Shown: in pieces, positions 60,708 to 64,000 of the stretch | Layout: each line of letters starts with the position of its first letter | Numbering within the stretch: position 1 is the first letter of the stretch | Source of the DNA: an uncultured Gemmatimonadales bacterium | Lineage (GTDB): Bacteria; Gemmatimonadota; Gemmatimonadetes; Gemmatimonadales; GWC2-71-9 | Length of the DNA stretch: 64,000 bases | Assembly (NCBI GenBank): GCA_963798915.1 | Contig: CAWCVB010000005.1 | Location: 441,291 to 505,290, forward strand | Direction of reading: 5' to 3' | Program-made: the position numbers and the translations under genes | The notes under the pieces: generated by a model | What the model saw: only the letters and a program-made list of their open reading frames with translations | Told to the model about the DNA's origin: nothing | The model's database searches: none

Positions 60708-60947
60708 ATGCGACTCGGCCTGCTCACAATCGGTGGCGTTGCGGCGGGTGTGGCGCTCGCCGCCATGCTGGCGCCCGCTGCGGCGGCGGCCACCGATTTC
60801 GGCTGTTCAGGAGGGATCATTTGGTGCGGGAGGGTTGACGATCCGCATACCAACGAGAACTGTACCCACTTTCAACTGGACCCTAACACGGGTCACCTTG
60901 TTTGTACGGAGTGGTCGGGAACGGATACGTATCGCCATGGACCGTGA
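60708..60947 (+). CDS. Small secreted 4-Cys peptide (79-aa precursor)
   Basis: RBS AGGAGG; hydrophobic Ala-rich leader, then TDFGCSGGIIWCGRVDDPHTNENCTHFQLDPNTGHLVCTEWSGTDTYRHGP. Confidence 0.75.
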   Translation: MRLGLLTIGGVAAGVALAAMLAPAAAAATDFGCSGGIIWCGRVDDPHTNENCTHFQLDPNTGHLVCTEWSGTDTYRHGP

Positions 60948-61009
60948 GAGACGGTTCTCATGAGTCTCGCGCCGCGCGCCAATGCGGTGCGCCATTCCGA
61001 AAGACAGTG

Positions 61010-61525
61010 ATGCGATTCCTGGCGCTGGCGTGCGTTACTCTCGCGATGGCCGCTCCGATGGACGGCGACCATAGATCACCGTCGCCAGCTCAAGTGATGT
61101 TGTCGCATGCTCATCGCCCAACAGCGACCGTTGTGTTTCGCTCAACGGATTGCGGCTTCACCTTGGCAGTGTTCGATGAATTGGAGCGTTGGGCCCTTGA
61201 TGGGCGCCTTGAGCTTCGGGGCTATATCGTGGGAAATGTCGCAGCTGGTAAACTCCCCAGTTTCAAGCGTGCGTACCGAATTGGATTCCCGCTCAGGTCC
61301 TTCACGGAGCGCGAGGCAAGGCGATGGATGACAGACAACCTGATTAAGGAGACACCGACCCTCTTGGTCACCGACTCGAGCGGCAATACGCTCTTTGTTA
61401 CGAAGCTGAGTGGACAGGCGGCGGAGGCACAAATCGTGCGGGATCAGCTCGCGCATGTAATGCCGGTGGTCTCGAGCCCGAGCCAAGCTGCGCGGGCGAA
61501 CCCAGCTGCACCGAGCCTGGAATGA
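61010..61525 (+). CDS. Exported thioredoxin-like fold protein (single Cys)
   Basis: Signal peptide; VVFRSTDC; TPTLLVTDSSG cis-Pro segment. Confidence 0.6.
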   Translation: MRFLALACVTLAMAAPMDGDHRSPSPAQVMLSHAHRPTATVVFRSTDCGFTLAVFDELERWALDGRLELRGYIVGNVAAGKLPSFKRAYRIGFPLRSFTEREARRWMTDNLIKETPTLLVTDSSGNTLFVTKLSGQAAEAQIVRDQLAHVMPVVSSPSQAARANPAAPSLE

Positions 61526-62553
61526 ACCGGTACTGTGGGCCGGTCGTTGCGGCGATCTTGCTGGTCAGTTGCGAGGGTCCTGCGGTCGGGGTGAAAGAGG
61601 CGCCGGGCAAGGCGGCGGTCGAAGCTCATGGTGCGACGCCTCTTCAACGAGTGTATCGCAGGGATGTTGGTACGTTCCGCCATGTTCGTTTCATGGGTGA
61701 CAGTCTTCCGGCATCCCCGACGCTCGTGGCAGCTCGCGGCGACACGATTTTTGTAGCTGGGCAGGATAACGCCATTACCGCCTTCGATGGTCAGGGTACG
61801 TACCTCTGGACCTTCGGCAGAAAGGGCCAAGGCCCGGCTGAATTCTCCCGCATCCGGGACATTGAGCCTACGGCGGAGGGCCTCGCCGCCTATGACCCGG
61901 TCAATGGCAGGATTACGGAGATTGACGGTCGAGGGGTTCTGTTGCGGGAGACCAGCCTCGCCGAGGTGCCACGTGGCGATCAGTTTGCGCCATTGCAACA
62001 TCATCGCTATGCGATCGTCACCACATCGATTTCCGAGCCCCGAAATGTCGTTGTCGTAGATACGCTGGGACGAGTTGTCGGGAGTCTTCAATGGCCATGG
62101 ACGGCTTACGACTCGCTCGATCCCATTGCTCGCCAGGTCGTAACTGCCGCAGCGACGGGGGGAAAGTGGGTTGCTGGATTCCGGTTGGGCGACGGCTGGT
62201 ACTCGCTGAGAGACACTGTGCTTAGTGGTGCGGTGCATTCATTCGCCCGACATGTTGACTTTCCTGCGCTGATCGTGGAGAAGGATCCATCGGGGCGGTC
62301 TTCGACTCATCTGGGACGCGCTGAGGTGGCAGCAATGACCGTCGCATTGCGCGGGAGGTCCCTCTTCGTGCTGTTCGGAGGTACTGGCGACAGCGCATTC
62401 AGAATCGTTGATGTTCACGATGCTGTCACCGGGAAGTATGAGAACTCGATACTGCTCCCAAACGCGTCATCCGGTGTGGCCGTGGGTCCGGACTTGATGG
62501 TGTCGATCGTCACTGATCCTGAGCCGGGACTGGACATCGTGTCGTTGAAATAG
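61522..62553 (+). CDS. 6-bladed beta-propeller (NHL/TolB-like) lipoprotein
   Basis: LLVS-C; FGRKGQGPAEF; repeated D..G turns; VDV.D..TG.Y..S..LP. Confidence 0.8.
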   Translation: MNRYCGPVVAAILLVSCEGPAVGVKEAPGKAAVEAHGATPLQRVYRRDVGTFRHVRFMGDSLPASPTLVAARGDTIFVAGQDNAITAFDGQGTYLWTFGRKGQGPAEFSRIRDIEPTAEGLAAYDPVNGRITEIDGRGVLLRETSLAEVPRGDQFAPLQHHRYAIVTTSISEPRNVVVVDTLGRVVGSLQWPWTAYDSLDPIARQVVTAAATGGKWVAGFRLGDGWYSLRDTVLSGAVHSFARHVDFPALIVEKDPSGRSSTHLGRAEVAAMTVALRGRSLFVLFGGTGDSAFRIVDVHDAVTGKYENSILLPNASSGVAVGPDLMVSIVTDPEPGLDIVSLK

Positions 62554-62666
62554 CGATTTGCTGCCCGGTATGGACGCTCGAATGCTCCGGTCGTCGTGCT
62601 GTTACGTAAGGATGGCCCCGCCACTTGGGCGTGGGAATGAACGACGAATAACGCTCCTTTGAAGGC

Positions 62667-62707
62667 ATGAAAAGCGGTGTCCGGGATCTCGGGCGCCGCT
62701 TTTTCAT
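62667..62707. terminator. Bidirectional terminator between convergent propeller genes
   Basis: atgaaaagcggtgtccgg-gatc-tcgggcgccgctttttcat. Confidence 0.75.
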
Positions 62708-62766
62708 AAGGCCGGTCCCGAACTGCCGGAGGTTGGTTCAATCGTGTTCAACAACGCCGGACTGAT

Positions 62767-63983
62767 TCAGCGAGGCAGCACTTCGAGAACCTGAACCACT
62801 GGGCTCCCGTCCGAATCAGCACCGATGCCATAGAGTCGGCCTTCATGGATCCGTTTGAACATGAAACCGGCGGGTACGCGGACCTCCGTTGATTTGCTCC
62901 CGTCAGGCGCGTAAACGAGCCACCTTCGGGATCCCGTCTGGTCGAACGAAAAGTTCGGGGCATCTCCAATTCGAACATCATCCGCCGTGGCAGGACAATT
63001 GAGCCACACGTCGCCATTGTCGGCAGTGATGATCGCACTCCACGGTGGATAGTGCTTGGCGTACTGCGCTGCACGAGCGCAGCGGCGGCCTGCTCGCGTT
63101 GCTGCATTCCAGTGCGCCCGAGTTCTTGATCGACCAGCACCGCAATATCGGGCGCAGTGAGCTCCGGCAGTTCGAGCGAGCTTTTCCAGACTCCAAGCAG
63201 CGAGAAAGCCGAGTCGGAATGCCAGAGCTCGAAGCGATCGGTCGAACCAAGGAAGATACCGTCAAGACTGGCCGCCCATACCGGCATGGCGGCGTACAGC
63301 CCAGTCTGGGGAGTCGTGCCGGCATGAAGCCGGGTGATCACTGAAGCGGTATCGGAGAAGAGCCTGGAAACTTCGACGGCAGGTTCAATCACGCCGCGAT
63401 CTTGCGCATCTCTGCCCAACGTGCTGGCTGCCCGAAAGACGCGATGCGGACTGAAGGCAGCATAGCCGACTGGTAGCCCGGAACCGAACGGCATGGAAAG
63501 GGCGCCGCGATAGGCGCCGTCCTGTCCAAACTGTTCGAGCCTTCTCGCGGAAGGGTTGGGAACGTAGACCGTTCCATCCGGCCCGAGAAACAGCCGGACC
63601 AACCCCTTACCCAGTTCGCCGGGGCCCGTGCCGAATCGACCGAACACTTCGGTCACGTTTCCAGAATTGCCAAGCCGGAAGATGTGACCCAGCCCGGCAT
63701 CCAGTACCAAGACATCGTCGTCTTCAGCGACCGCCAAATCCACCGGGTTGACGAACGGCTCCGCACTACCTGCTGTCTGCCAAGAGACCTTGGTGCCTCG
63801 AGCGCAATCCGCCTCCCAGCTCACATCCCACGAATCCAGCTCAGACATTGCAGGTATTCCAGATGAATGGCCGGCTGATAACGGCGGAAGCCGTCCAGGC
63901 TGGCGCGAGCAGCTCTCCGCTGCGAACACGGCAGTGAGAACGAGTACTGATTGGCGCAGCAATGGTCGCGATACCGACAGCAA
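62767..63983 (-). CDS. 6-bladed beta-propeller lipoprotein, frameshifted near 63066-63070
   Basis: FGRFGTGPGEL; family-like C-terminus (YPPWSAIITADNGDVW...WLVYAPDG...G..ADSDG.P.V) lies in another frame (62767-63009). Start uncertain, near the window edge. Confidence 0.7.
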
Positions 63984-64000
63984 TGCGCTGCATCACGCTC

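Noticed and set aside
60708..60947. Classical RiPP precursor (lanthipeptide, ranthipeptide)
   Set aside because: Leader is Sec-like; no modifying enzyme (LanM, radical SAM, YcaO) or peptidase transporter in the window.

Overview
High-GC bacterial chromosomal window. It is most likely Gemmatimonadota (inference from the GxGGMATVYLAEDLK kinase, the atypical EF-Tu switch-I segment, RpoB/RpoC inserts and the many 'ELEERLDFAERLL' proteins). Housekeeping blocks are recF-dciA-gyrB, glpK, uvrA, cysS, a tRNA Thr-Tyr-Gly-Thr cluster and tuf-rpmG-secE-nusG-rplKAJL-rpoBC. Four accessory systems stand out. (1) 6.4-17.4 kb: a four-gene porin-multiheme-cytochrome operon (42 CxxCH + 3 CX4CH motifs, including a NapC/NirT-like membrane domain fused to 16 more hemes), divergent from a variant ccm maturation operon (CcmE CxxxY, CcmH with a twin-arginine motif); candidate extracellular electron-transfer conduit. 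(2) 27.9-31.9 kb: a tandem array of eight translationally coupled small membrane paralogs with variable N-termini and a conserved E(L/M/I)xER(L/V/Q)DF(A/T)ER(L/M)L coiled-coil, plus a 16-codon remnant, behind an ECF-type promoter and in front of a CesT/YbjN-like gene and pspA (bacterial ESCRT-III). (3) 52.3-60.4 kb: an integrase-free cassette (ECF sigma, Zn anti-sigma, TPR-CHAT protease, four lipoproteins) bracketed by a 147-bp direct repeat of the rpoC 3' end whose differences are almost all synonymous. (4) 60.5-64 kb: a small secreted 4-Cys peptide with thioredoxin-like and 6-bladed beta-propeller lipoprotein genes. Four frameshifts, one in rpoC, point to residual indel errors in the assembly. 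All family assignments come from motif recognition by eye, not from database searches.
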